Source of the DNA: an uncultured Methanoregulaceae archaeon
GTDB taxonomy: Archaea; Halobacteriota; Methanomicrobia; Methanomicrobiales; Methanospirillaceae
Assembly (NCBI GenBank): GCA_963737635.1
Contig: CAVTTL010000001.1
Span: 2,304,001 to 2,368,000, forward strand
Direction of reading: 5' to 3'
Length of the DNA: 64,000 nt
This document shows positions 56,561 to 64,000 of the stretch, piece after piece. Within the stretch, counting starts at the first letter, position 1. Each line of letters begins with the position of its first letter. Below the pieces are notes generated by a model that had not been told where the DNA came from, searched no databases, and saw only the letters and a list, made by a program, of their open reading frames with translations. The position numbers and the translations under genes were made by a program.

Positions 56561-57001
56561 ATGCTGACCAATGAAAAATGGTTTGAATTCTGGAAACTTC
56601 GGCGTGATCATGTACCGAACATCACCATCGCGACGAACCTGGGTATCTCCCGGCAGGCCGTTTCAAAAGCCCTTCTCGCGATTGACGGGAAGATCGAGAC
56701 TGCCCTTCGCACTATGGCAAAAGCCAACAAAATTTCGATCGGGAAAATTAACCCACAGCTCGGGATTCTTATCGGTCATTCGGTTCCGATGGATACTGGT
56801 GCGGTCATTTTCATATCCGGCAAGCACGGCGTGCAGGTATGGTACGAACATGACGGGGATTGTGAAACGTGCGAGGAGTATACAGAGTGCATCGAACTGC
56901 TCTGGGATTATGCCGATGAGTTAAAAATAACCCTTTCTCAGAGTGCAGACCCGACAAAAATGGCAGAAGAACTCTTCGCAAAAGTAAAGGAGATAGCATG
57001 A
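56561..57001 (+). CDS. HTH transcriptional regulator with Cys-rich C-terminal domain
   Basis: IATNLGISRQAVSKAL and WYEHDGDCETCEEYTEC. Confidence 0.85.
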   Translation: MLTNEKWFEFWKLRRDHVPNITIATNLGISRQAVSKALLAIDGKIETALRTMAKANKISIGKINPQLGILIGHSVPMDTGAVIFISGKHGVQVWYEHDGDCETCEEYTECIELLWDYADELKITLSQSADPTKMAEELFAKVKEIA

Positions 57002-57351
57002 AACTGACCTTTTCTGAAATTGGCCATCGGCTTGGCTGGTGCCCGAAAAAGCGGAGATCACAGATTGTTTTGGATCAAGGTTTCATGGGAATTACCACAG
57101 CTGGAGGATTTACTATGGATGGAAAACAAGCACCTGACAGAAAAATAGATACAAGAGAAGGTATGGACACATGGCTCTCGACATACCTCAAGCTCGTAGG
57201 GCTTGAGCTTGTCCTGAGCGTGATTTTTATCTCGCTCGGGTACATTTCTGCAAGCAGTTATTTCCGCGGCGTGGGAGTGGGCTTGTTAATCGCCTGGGTG
57301 ACAGGCGCCATAGCCTATTTTGTCGTGGGGAGGAGAATGGTAAAACCATGA
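56998..57351 (+). CDS. GWCP-motif (DUF1673-like) 2-TM membrane protein, copy 1
   Basis: FSEIGHRLGWCP N-terminus. ATGA overlap with the regulator. Confidence 0.8.
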   Translation: MKLTFSEIGHRLGWCPKKRRSQIVLDQGFMGITTAGGFTMDGKQAPDRKIDTREGMDTWLSTYLKLVGLELVLSVIFISLGYISASSYFRGVGVGLLIAWVTGAIAYFVVGRRMVKP

Positions 57352-57695
57352 GATTTTCCGAAATTGGCCATCGGCTTGGCTGGTGTCCGAAAAAGCGGAG
57401 ATCGCAGGTTGTTTGGGATCACGATTTCATGGGAATTAGTATACCTGGAGGATTTACTATGGATGAAAAAAAAGATGAAATAGGCAGGGTCCTTCCGATA
57501 ACGTTCGTGAAGAGAATACTCATATTCATACTGGCACTCGTGGTCGTTATGAACTTTGGTGTGTTTTATTTTCACGACAACACAGCAATCAGCACTGTTC
57601 TTGGCGTAACCATCTTTGAGATAGTGTATATGGTCATTTTCTTCGCGTTCTGGGTTCCCCGGTATCAACGTGCAGGTGCCCAGGTCAAGTGGTGA
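57348..57695 (+). CDS. GWCP-motif (DUF1673-like) 2-TM membrane protein, copy 2
   Basis: Same N-terminus, different TM region. ATGA overlap with copy 1. Confidence 0.8.
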   Translation: MRFSEIGHRLGWCPKKRRSQVVWDHDFMGISIPGGFTMDEKKDEIGRVLPITFVKRILIFILALVVVMNFGVFYFHDNTAISTVLGVTIFEIVYMVIFFAFWVPRYQRAGAQVKW

Positions 57696-57787
57696 ACTTC
57701 GTAAATGGCAGTGCCCGGATGAAATGAAACAAACCAGAACCCCACGAAAATGGCAGAAGAACTATTCGCAAAAGTAAAGGAGATAGC

Positions 57788-58141
57788 ATGAAACTGACCT
57801 TTTCCGAAATTGGCCAACGGCTTGGCTGGTGTCCGAAAAAACGGAGATCGCAGGTTGTTTGGGATCAGGACTTCATGGAAAGTACTACAACTGGAGAGGT
57901 TGCAATGGATGCAAAAAAAGATGAAATTGGTATAATCATTCCGATAACGTTCACGAAGAGAATGCTTTTGTATATAGTCTTAGATTTGTTTCTGATTAAC
58001 CTGGTAGTGTTCTACGTGCACGAAAAACTGTCATTACCCCTTGTTATTATGGTAAGTCTTATTGAGATGATAGCCTTGGCTGCCGCGTTTGTGTTCTGGA
58101 TCCCCCGATATGAACGTGCGGGCGCTCAGGTCAAGTGGTAA
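57788..58141 (+). CDS. GWCP-motif (DUF1673-like) 2-TM membrane protein, copy 3
   Basis: Same N-terminus. Preceded by a duplicated 3' end of the regulator. Confidence 0.8.
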   Translation: MKLTFSEIGQRLGWCPKKRRSQVVWDQDFMESTTTGEVAMDAKKDEIGIIIPITFTKRMLLYIVLDLFLINLVVFYVHEKLSLPLVIMVSLIEMIALAAAFVFWIPRYERAGAQVKW

Positions 58142-58151
58142 CTTCTTTTTT

Positions 58152-58230
58152 GGTTCTGTTAACGTGTTGAGAGATCGCATGTTTTTTCAGGCATGGAAAT
58201 TTGATAATTCCCTAACAAGTTAACAAAGCC
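58152..58230. repeat. Complete ~79-bp inverted-arm element
   Basis: GGTTCTGTTAACGTGTTGAG, 39-bp spacer, CCTAACAAGTTAACAAAGCC. Confidence 0.65.
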
Positions 58231-58251
58231 TTCTTATGAGCTATCGGATAT

Positions 58252-58461
58252 TCATGGAGCCGGAACTTTTTTCCTGCGCTCCATGATGTTTTTAATGATC
58301 TTATCCGGGTCTTTCTCCAGATATTTTTTCCGGTCTTTTGTCCAGTCGCCGCTGCCGGTTTCATAGATATGGAGGAACCGGATAGCATCGTCAGGGCCAA
58401 GTTTTTCGACCAGCACGTCAAGTCCTTCCTGCTGGATCTGGTGCAATGTTCTGGCGCTCAT
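58252..58461 (-). CDS. Probable antitoxin
   Basis: EGLDVLVEKLGPDDAIRFL..YETGSGDWT. Overlaps the PIN gene stop. Confidence 0.75.
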   Translation of the reverse strand: MSARTLHQIQQEGLDVLVEKLGPDDAIRFLHIYETGSGDWTKDRKKYLEKDPDKIIKNIMERRKKVPAP

Positions 58462-58895
58462 TTGGTTTCCTCCTTTAACCAGATAACCGGGTTTTCTATA
58501 CGTACCTGTATGTCCCGGTGCATCTTAAAAAAGGTTATCATGCCGTCATCTGTTGTGAGAAGAATTGCTCCGGCACGTTCTGCACAGGCGATATGGAGCG
58601 AGTCCATCGCATCCCCTCCCATTGCGATGAGCACGTGCATCCGTGCAATTATATCCTCGTCAAGGATTACCTGTTCTTCCGCAATGGATACAACTTTCTC
58701 CACGCGAAGACGTTTCCTGATATCGGGAATTTTTGAGATTTCTTCGGTTATCACTTCGCTTTTGACCAGCGTATATTCCCGCGATGCGCAGCGACGGATG
58801 ATCTCTTGGACTGCGGTTACTTCGAGACGGATACGCCCTAAAGTCTGGTCATCAAACGGCCTACAGAGGCAGCAGACATCCATGTAGATTTTCAT
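58458..58895 (-). CDS. PIN-domain (VapC-like) toxin
   Basis: IYMDVCCLCRPFDDQ, DSLHIACAE, LLTTDD. Confidence 0.9.
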   Translation of the reverse strand: MKIYMDVCCLCRPFDDQTLGRIRLEVTAVQEIIRRCASREYTLVKSEVITEEISKIPDIRKRLRVEKVVSIAEEQVILDEDIIARMHVLIAMGGDAMDSLHIACAERAGAILLTTDDGMITFFKMHRDIQVRIENPVIWLKEETK

Positions 58896-59088
58896 TTCCC
58901 GCTCCCAGATTCTCCATAACCTTCGATCTTACTTTCCTTCGATGCGATAAAAAACGATAGGGAAAACAAAGCATTTTTTACAATTCGTAATGTGAATATC
59001 GTCATATTGAAAAATTCATTGTTCCCTTTTCTGCCGGATTACTGGTTTTGCAATTCGTAGCGAAAATATGATTTATGGGGTCATCGAT

Positions 59089-59637
59089 TCACTGTCCATT
59101 ATTGCCGGGCGTAGCACTCATTACTGGCCCGTTCCCATTTCCGGGTGCACTCATCGTTACCGGCCCGGCCAATCCCAATGCTTCCACCAGCTGTTGTGTC
59201 GTCACGCCTAACTGGGTGGCTGCTGCGTTAAAGTTCACCGGGCCATTGGAAATCGCGTTTGCGTTCAAAGCGTTCTCAAGATCCTGTTCGGAGACGCCCA
59301 GTTTTCCCGCCGCTTCTGTAAGGAGTGTTTTATTCGAAAGGAAGGAAAGGAATGCCTGGCCATTGCCTGTCGACCGGATAGTCCCCGGTCCGGAACCAAC
59401 CACTTGACCATTCGTCCCGGGACTTCCATTCACCATTTTCTGGACCGATGCAGCTCCGGGAGAGGGTTGTCCGGAGATGCTGCTGGTCGGGCTTCCGGTG
59501 ACGATCGGCGGTGACGAAGGTGTTGCGAGAAGATTGTCCTGTCCGGGACTGCTGCCAGAGTTCTGAACGCATCCGGTCATGACGATCAGAACAATAAGGA
59601 GTGCTGGCAGGGCCAGCGCTATGGTCAGTTTTTTCAT
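59089..59637 (-). CDS. Lipoprotein with one double HTH-like repeat
   Basis: Lipobox VMTGC and LTEAAGKLGVSEQDLENAL...AAATQLGVTTQQLVEALG. Confidence 0.75.
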   Translation of the reverse strand: MKKLTIALALPALLIVLIVMTGCVQNSGSSPGQDNLLATPSSPPIVTGSPTSSISGQPSPGAASVQKMVNGSPGTNGQVVGSGPGTIRSTGNGQAFLSFLSNKTLLTEAAGKLGVSEQDLENALNANAISNGPVNFNAAATQLGVTTQQLVEALGLAGPVTMSAPGNGNGPVMSATPGNNGQ

Positions 59638-59715
59638 CCTGCCGTCTCCATTGTTAAAAAAAGATGAATTCATTTCTGGTGATCTCCTGGCTTCATTCCT
59701 GCCCTTCACCGGCAT

Positions 59716-60711
59716 CTATTGTCCGGAAGAACGCATGACCACGAGTGCGACGCCATTAGACCCCGCAGTTCCACACGAGAGGGTTTTCGTGATAGTTTCA
59801 GGTGAAGGTAATCCCAGTGCATCTGCTAACTGCTGTTGGGTGATGCCAAGCTGCTGGGCGGCGGCATTCAGGTCCACCGGTTTATCTGCCGTAGCGTTGA
59901 GGGCATTCGCGAGGGTCCGTTCGGAAACCCCCAGTTTTTCCGCTGCGTTTGTCAGTACGGTGACATTTGAAATATCAACAAAGATCCCGGTCTTTCCTGA
60001 GGTAACCGTTACCGGTGTGGGAAATCCCAGTGCATCCATCAGCTGTTGCGGGGTTACTCCCAGCTGATTGGCGGCGCCGATAAAGTTCACCGGACTATCC
60101 GGTGTCGCGTTAAGCGCCTGTGCAAGAGTCTGTTCAGGGACGCCCAGTTTTCCCGCCGCTTCCGTTAAGAGGGTGACATTCGAAAGGAATGATCCAAATC
60201 CCGTCCGGAAAAGGGAATCCGCCGGGACTGCTTGTGTAACGAAAACTCCGGTTTTTCCCGAGGATGCGTTTATGGCGAATTTTGTCGGGAGTGCGGGTAA
60301 TCCGAGAGCATCCATCAACTGCTGCGGGGTAACACCAAGTTGTCCGGCTGCGGCATTCAGGTTCACCGGCTCATTGGTGGTCACATTTAGCGCGTCTGCA
60401 AGTGCCTGCTCGGTGACACCGAGTTTTTCTGCTGCCTGAGTCAGCATAGTGGCGTTATCCGAAACCGCGACAAACGCTTGACCGTTAACGGGCGAAATGG
60501 CTACAACCTCAGCGTTCGTGATTGCGCTCCCGTTTAAACTAAGTGATCCTTGGGTAGCGATTGCATAGCCACTTACCGGACCAAAGCACGTACCGTTGAT
60601 CTGGACCTGAGTTACTGTCGTTGCCCCGACAGCACCAATACTCAGTCCCATTACTGCAACGATAATGCAAAGACCGGTAAGGAGCCTGGTAAATCTCATC
60701 TCTTTTTTCAT
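59716..60711 (-). CDS. Secreted protein with three double HTH-like repeats
   Basis: Signal peptide and three AA(E/G)KLGV.E..LA.ALN.T...PV....AA.QLG.T.QQL.DALG.P units. Confidence 0.8.
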   Translation of the reverse strand: MKKEMRFTRLLTGLCIIVAVMGLSIGAVGATTVTQVQINGTCFGPVSGYAIATQGSLSLNGSAITNAEVVAISPVNGQAFVAVSDNATMLTQAAEKLGVTEQALADALNVTTNEPVNLNAAAGQLGVTPQQLMDALGLPALPTKFAINASSGKTGVFVTQAVPADSLFRTGFGSFLSNVTLLTEAAGKLGVPEQTLAQALNATPDSPVNFIGAANQLGVTPQQLMDALGFPTPVTVTSGKTGIFVDISNVTVLTNAAEKLGVSERTLANALNATADKPVDLNAAAQQLGITQQQLADALGLPSPETITKTLSCGTAGSNGVALVVMRSSGQ

Positions 60712-61004
60712 GATCTCCTCCTTTTTTTTGAAACAACCGTCCCTTTGGGACTGCTTGTGCGGAATTATATTTCCGCATTTCACTGTATTGATGGCTCATT
60801 CAAAAGGAACTCTGGCACATTTCTTAACCTCTCCGACGATAAGAAAACGTCTGTGCCGGATAACATATATACTGTATAATTCCCTCTTGGGAATTTCATC
60901 TCTTTTTTCGCGTGCAACCAGCCCCCTGCCGCACAACCATTCCTCCCGATGAGTAGAGACTTGTGTCAGATATCTTATTTATCGCGTCTACCGAATAGTG
61001 TATC

Positions 61005-61983
61005 ATGCGTTATCGGATAGCAGCTGGCCTTGTATGCCTTCTTCTGGCGCTCTGTATCCCCCTCGTGTCAGCAGCCCCGGTATCCGATATTCTTTATCCC
61101 GCTGTACCTGCGGGAACCGTCAATGCAACGCTCGCTTCAGCAGATCTGAATGGTAATCCGGGAAATGCCGGGTTTGTCACCGGTCTGGCATTACGTGCCG
61201 GCCTGAACGCGAATGCAGTATTTGCCCAGTCCGGATCGGCTGCGATCGTTTTCCAGGCTCAGGGGAATACGTCCCTGCCGGTTACCGCACTTGAGACAGC
61301 GACACTTGATTCAACGGCTATAGCGGCGCATTCCGGGCTTTTTGTCTGGACTTCCGGAAGCAATGCCGGCCTCTCCACCGAACCGGCGTTACTTCCTGCT
61401 CATGTTGTCGTCGTCAGAAGCGAAAAAGTCGTCTCCTATGATGGCCCGCCCGGAACCGGAATAACCGTTGGGGCGGTGACGACGGTTTCAGAAAACCCCG
61501 GAGTACAGGTACTATTTCCTCGGGAATGTCAGCGAGATTTCTACGGTCACCACCACACACGCGAAGGTTATTGTCTTAGGCACCAATGCAGTCCCGGCGG
61601 TTGTTTCTCCATCGGCCAATGCAATCTATTTCGCACGAGGTATTTCTGTTGCTACTCCGGGCCAGTCTCTGCTGATGAACAATGAACAATTTGACATCGA
61701 TCCATCATCGGTGAGATATTACGAGGATTCAGTTCCTGCGGGTAAACAACATGAATGGGTCGACCTCAATTGGACGGCACCGGATAAAAATCTGGAGCTT
61801 ACGATTTATGCGCCGGATGCCACGCTTGGCCCCTTTAACGATTCTTCAGACGGAAGGAACGATGGCAGGATTTTCCTCGATGTAGCAAGCATGGCAAACA
61901 TCACTGCCGGGAACTGGTTCTTCAAAGTGCAGAACGATGACGGTGATACCGTTGATTACACGCTGAACACGTATTCGGCCTGA
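61005..61983 (+). CDS. Secreted protein with C-terminal PPC-like (pre-peptidase C-terminal) domain (frameshift in C-run near 61497)
   Basis: Signal peptide. The frame after 61500 (YRYYFLGNVSEI...) runs into VDLNW..LELTIYAPD..GPF.D..DG..DGRI..GNWFFKV. Confidence 0.75.
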
Positions 61984-61989
61984 GGGTAT

Positions 61990-62724
61990 ATGGGACGACC
62001 TTTTCTTATTTTGGGTATTGCGCTTCTCCTGGTTATGGTATGTACTGCCGGGGTGTCTGCCCAGGAATATACGGTCCGGTCAGGATACCAGAACCCGCCT
62101 CCCCCGGATGCAGTTCCCCGGACTCCGGCACCGGTCGGCTTCTTCGATCTTCCCGTATGGGTCATTCTTGCCCAGCTGGCACTCCTCCCGCCGGAATTCT
62201 TCCTTTCGATAAAACTCTGGGCATTCCTCGGGTTCCGGAGGGTGTCCGGGGAAAACGTGCTCGAACAGGGCGTTCGTGCACAAATCTACGAATATATCCG
62301 GCAGAACCCGGGTATTCATCTGAGAGGGCTTGCAGAAGAGATGGGTATCAGTATGGGTACGCTTCGTTATCACCTCAACATTCTCCGGGATACTCATAAG
62401 ATCACGCTCAATGAAGGTGTGGCGTCGGTCAGGTTTTATGAAAATAACGGATCGTATACACCGGCCGAACAGCACATTCTCAAACACCTCCGGAACGAAA
62501 CCACGAAAAAGATCCTTACGATCCTGATGAATTCGCCGTCATCTACACGAGCAGAGATTGCGCAGGAAATCGGGGTGACCGGGCCGTCTATAACCTGGCA
62601 TATGAAAAGACTAGAGGACGATGAGATATTAGTCACTCACCGGGAGGGACGAAAAATATCCTACGAGATCCTTCCTCACATTGCGAGTTATCTTTCACGA
62701 AGGTTCGCCTCAGTGGATGTATAA
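61990..62724 (+). CDS. Signal-peptide/TM-bearing double winged-HTH transcriptional regulator
   Basis: Signal, hydrophobic segment, RAQIYEYIRQNPGIH..GTLRYHL and TRAEIAQEIGVTGPSITWHMKRL. Confidence 0.88.
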   Translation: MGRPFLILGIALLLVMVCTAGVSAQEYTVRSGYQNPPPPDAVPRTPAPVGFFDLPVWVILAQLALLPPEFFLSIKLWAFLGFRRVSGENVLEQGVRAQIYEYIRQNPGIHLRGLAEEMGISMGTLRYHLNILRDTHKITLNEGVASVRFYENNGSYTPAEQHILKHLRNETTKKILTILMNSPSSTRAEIAQEIGVTGPSITWHMKRLEDDEILVTHREGRKISYEILPHIASYLSRRFASVDV

Positions 62725-62969
62725 AGCCGGTTGTGTACGAAAACGATATTGTTGTTTAATCCGTCAATGTTGACTACTGTAAATGTCCCGACATGCACTG
62801 GAACCCGCCTAATCTCTCCCCTCCGTTTTCCGGCGTGAGACCCAGGCACCCGGCGGCAACGAGAAAAAGAAGGGCAATGGTGAAGAAAAGAGACGGGATT
62901 TTCATCAAAAGAGGGGAGTATTTTGGGAGGGATAAAGATGCTGGATGCAAGCCCGAAAAGAGAGAACGC

Positions 62970-63650
62970 CTAACTGACAACAACAGTCCAGTTATGCGTC
63001 TCGAGAATGCGTGGTTCAGGTTGTATATACCGTTGAAGAGTTGCGTTTATTGTCTGTATTCCGGTATTGGTCATAGTGACATTCCACCGGTCCACACCAT
63101 GCCCCGTATACCCCCCATTCACTACTGACGATGGCACGTCTGTAACGTCGATGAGCGTCCCGTTCAGAGCATACCAATAATACGTCATACCCTCATCGGT
63201 TATCTGGAGACCGGGACTTGCGTTTATGATCCACTGGTCTCCCAGCAGGGAGTAATCACCCAGTTCGAGGGTGAGATTGCTGTCCAGTTTTGCATAGATC
63301 GTCGCATCGTTCCACGTTTCATTGATCGTCATATTTTGTCCCGGTACTACCAATGCCGAATAATTGACTGGTCCAATATCCACGGTGGGAGTTGGCTTAA
63401 CCGGCAAATTCTGTCCCGGCACTGACGATGTCAAACTGTGTATTGATGCATTGTTCACGTTGGGAGTTTGCTCAGTCACCGTAGTTTGTCCCGGTACCGG
63501 TGCATTGCCCGCGTTGGGGTTTTGCCCGCTGGACCCAAGGCAGCCGACCGATAACACAACCATGAGGATGACCGCCCCGACTATGACCATGCCTGATTTT
63601 TGTGGAATCATGTTTACCATTCTCGACACTATGTCTCTAACTGACCACAA
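62970..63650 (-). CDS. Lipoprotein with chagasin-like (I42) Ig fold, divergent
   Basis: LSVGC lipobox and NETWNDATIYAKLDSNLTLEL..QW...SPGLQI...GVDRWNV..TGIQTINA. Start uncertain. Confidence 0.65.
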   Translation of the reverse strand: MWSVRDIVSRMVNMIPQKSGMVIVGAVILMVVLSVGCLGSSGQNPNAGNAPVPGQTTVTEQTPNVNNASIHSLTSSVPGQNLPVKPTPTVDIGPVNYSALVVPGQNMTINETWNDATIYAKLDSNLTLELGDYSLLGDQWIINASPGLQITDEGMTYYWYALNGTLIDVTDVPSSVVNGGYTGHGVDRWNVTMTNTGIQTINATLQRYIQPEPRILETHNWTVVVS

Positions 63651-64000
63651 AGGTCCAGTTAAGTGTCTCTAGATTGCGGGGTTCAGGAGTAGGATAAAAC
63701 TGGAGCGTGGCGGTTATCGTTTGTAGGCCAGTCTGTATCATGGTGACACGCCACCGATCTACACCATGCCCCATTCCCGACCCCATATACGTCACATTCA
63801 TGCCTGGCCTGTTTGTGATATCGATGAGCGTCCCGTTCTGAGCATACCAATAATACGTCATGCCCTCATCGGAAATCTGGATACCAGGACTCGCATTCAT
63901 GATCCACTGATCTCCAGCCAGGGACCCGTCAGTCAATTCGAGGGTGAGAGAGCTGTTCAGTTTCGCGCAGATCTCGGTATTGTTCTGCGTTTCATTGATC
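63637..64000 (-). CDS. Tandem paralog of the chagasin-like protein (5' end outside window)
   Basis: GDQWIMNASPGIQISDEGMTYYWYA..GHGVDRW is near-identical to the downstream gene. Confidence 0.75.
   Translation of the reverse strand, partial: INETQNNTEICAKLNSSLTLELTDGSLAGDQWIMNASPGIQISDEGMTYYWYAQNGTLIDITNRPGMNVTYMGSGMGHGVDRWRVTMIQTGLQTITATLQFYPTPEPRNLETLNWTFVVS

Noticed and set aside
56950-57910. Diversity-generating retroelement template/variable repeat pair
   Set aside because: Differences between copies are not adenine-specific and no reverse transcriptase is present.
54392-58230. Elements as canonical integron attC sites
   Set aside because: The ends read GTT...AAC rather than RYYYAAC...GTTRRRY, modules are in mixed orientation, and no IntI is present. 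Kept only as an analogy.

Overview
Archaeal chromosomal DNA whose gene content and protein style fit a methanogen of the Methanomicrobiales (Methanoregula-like); this assignment is an inference. About 1-23 kb is mostly core: adenine deaminase, a ParA-MCP-CheW-MCP-CheR chemotaxis cluster, a RecJ-like DHH protein, RNase Z, NrdG, 5-FTHF cyclo-ligase, a ThiC-family enzyme that looks more like BzaF, and Cdc48. About 23-64 kb is accessory: PolX, PAS/GAF histidine kinases, transporters, an orphan archaellin, surface proteins, several pseudogenes, a PIN toxin-antitoxin pair and paralog arrays. About 13 otherwise intact genes carry single-base frameshifts, often in short homopolymers, which most likely reflects long-read assembly error. 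The most notable unannotated signal is a family of ~77-bp imperfect inverted-repeat elements (GGTTCTG...CAGAACC-type arms around a ~40-bp spacer). They sit at the borders of consecutive accessory gene modules and at truncation points. Also notable are an HTH regulator followed by three GWCP-motif membrane paralogs with internal second start sites, and a membrane-anchored transcription factor locus flanked by secreted HTH-like repeat proteins. No rRNA, tRNA, CRISPR array, transposase or integrase was recognised by eye.
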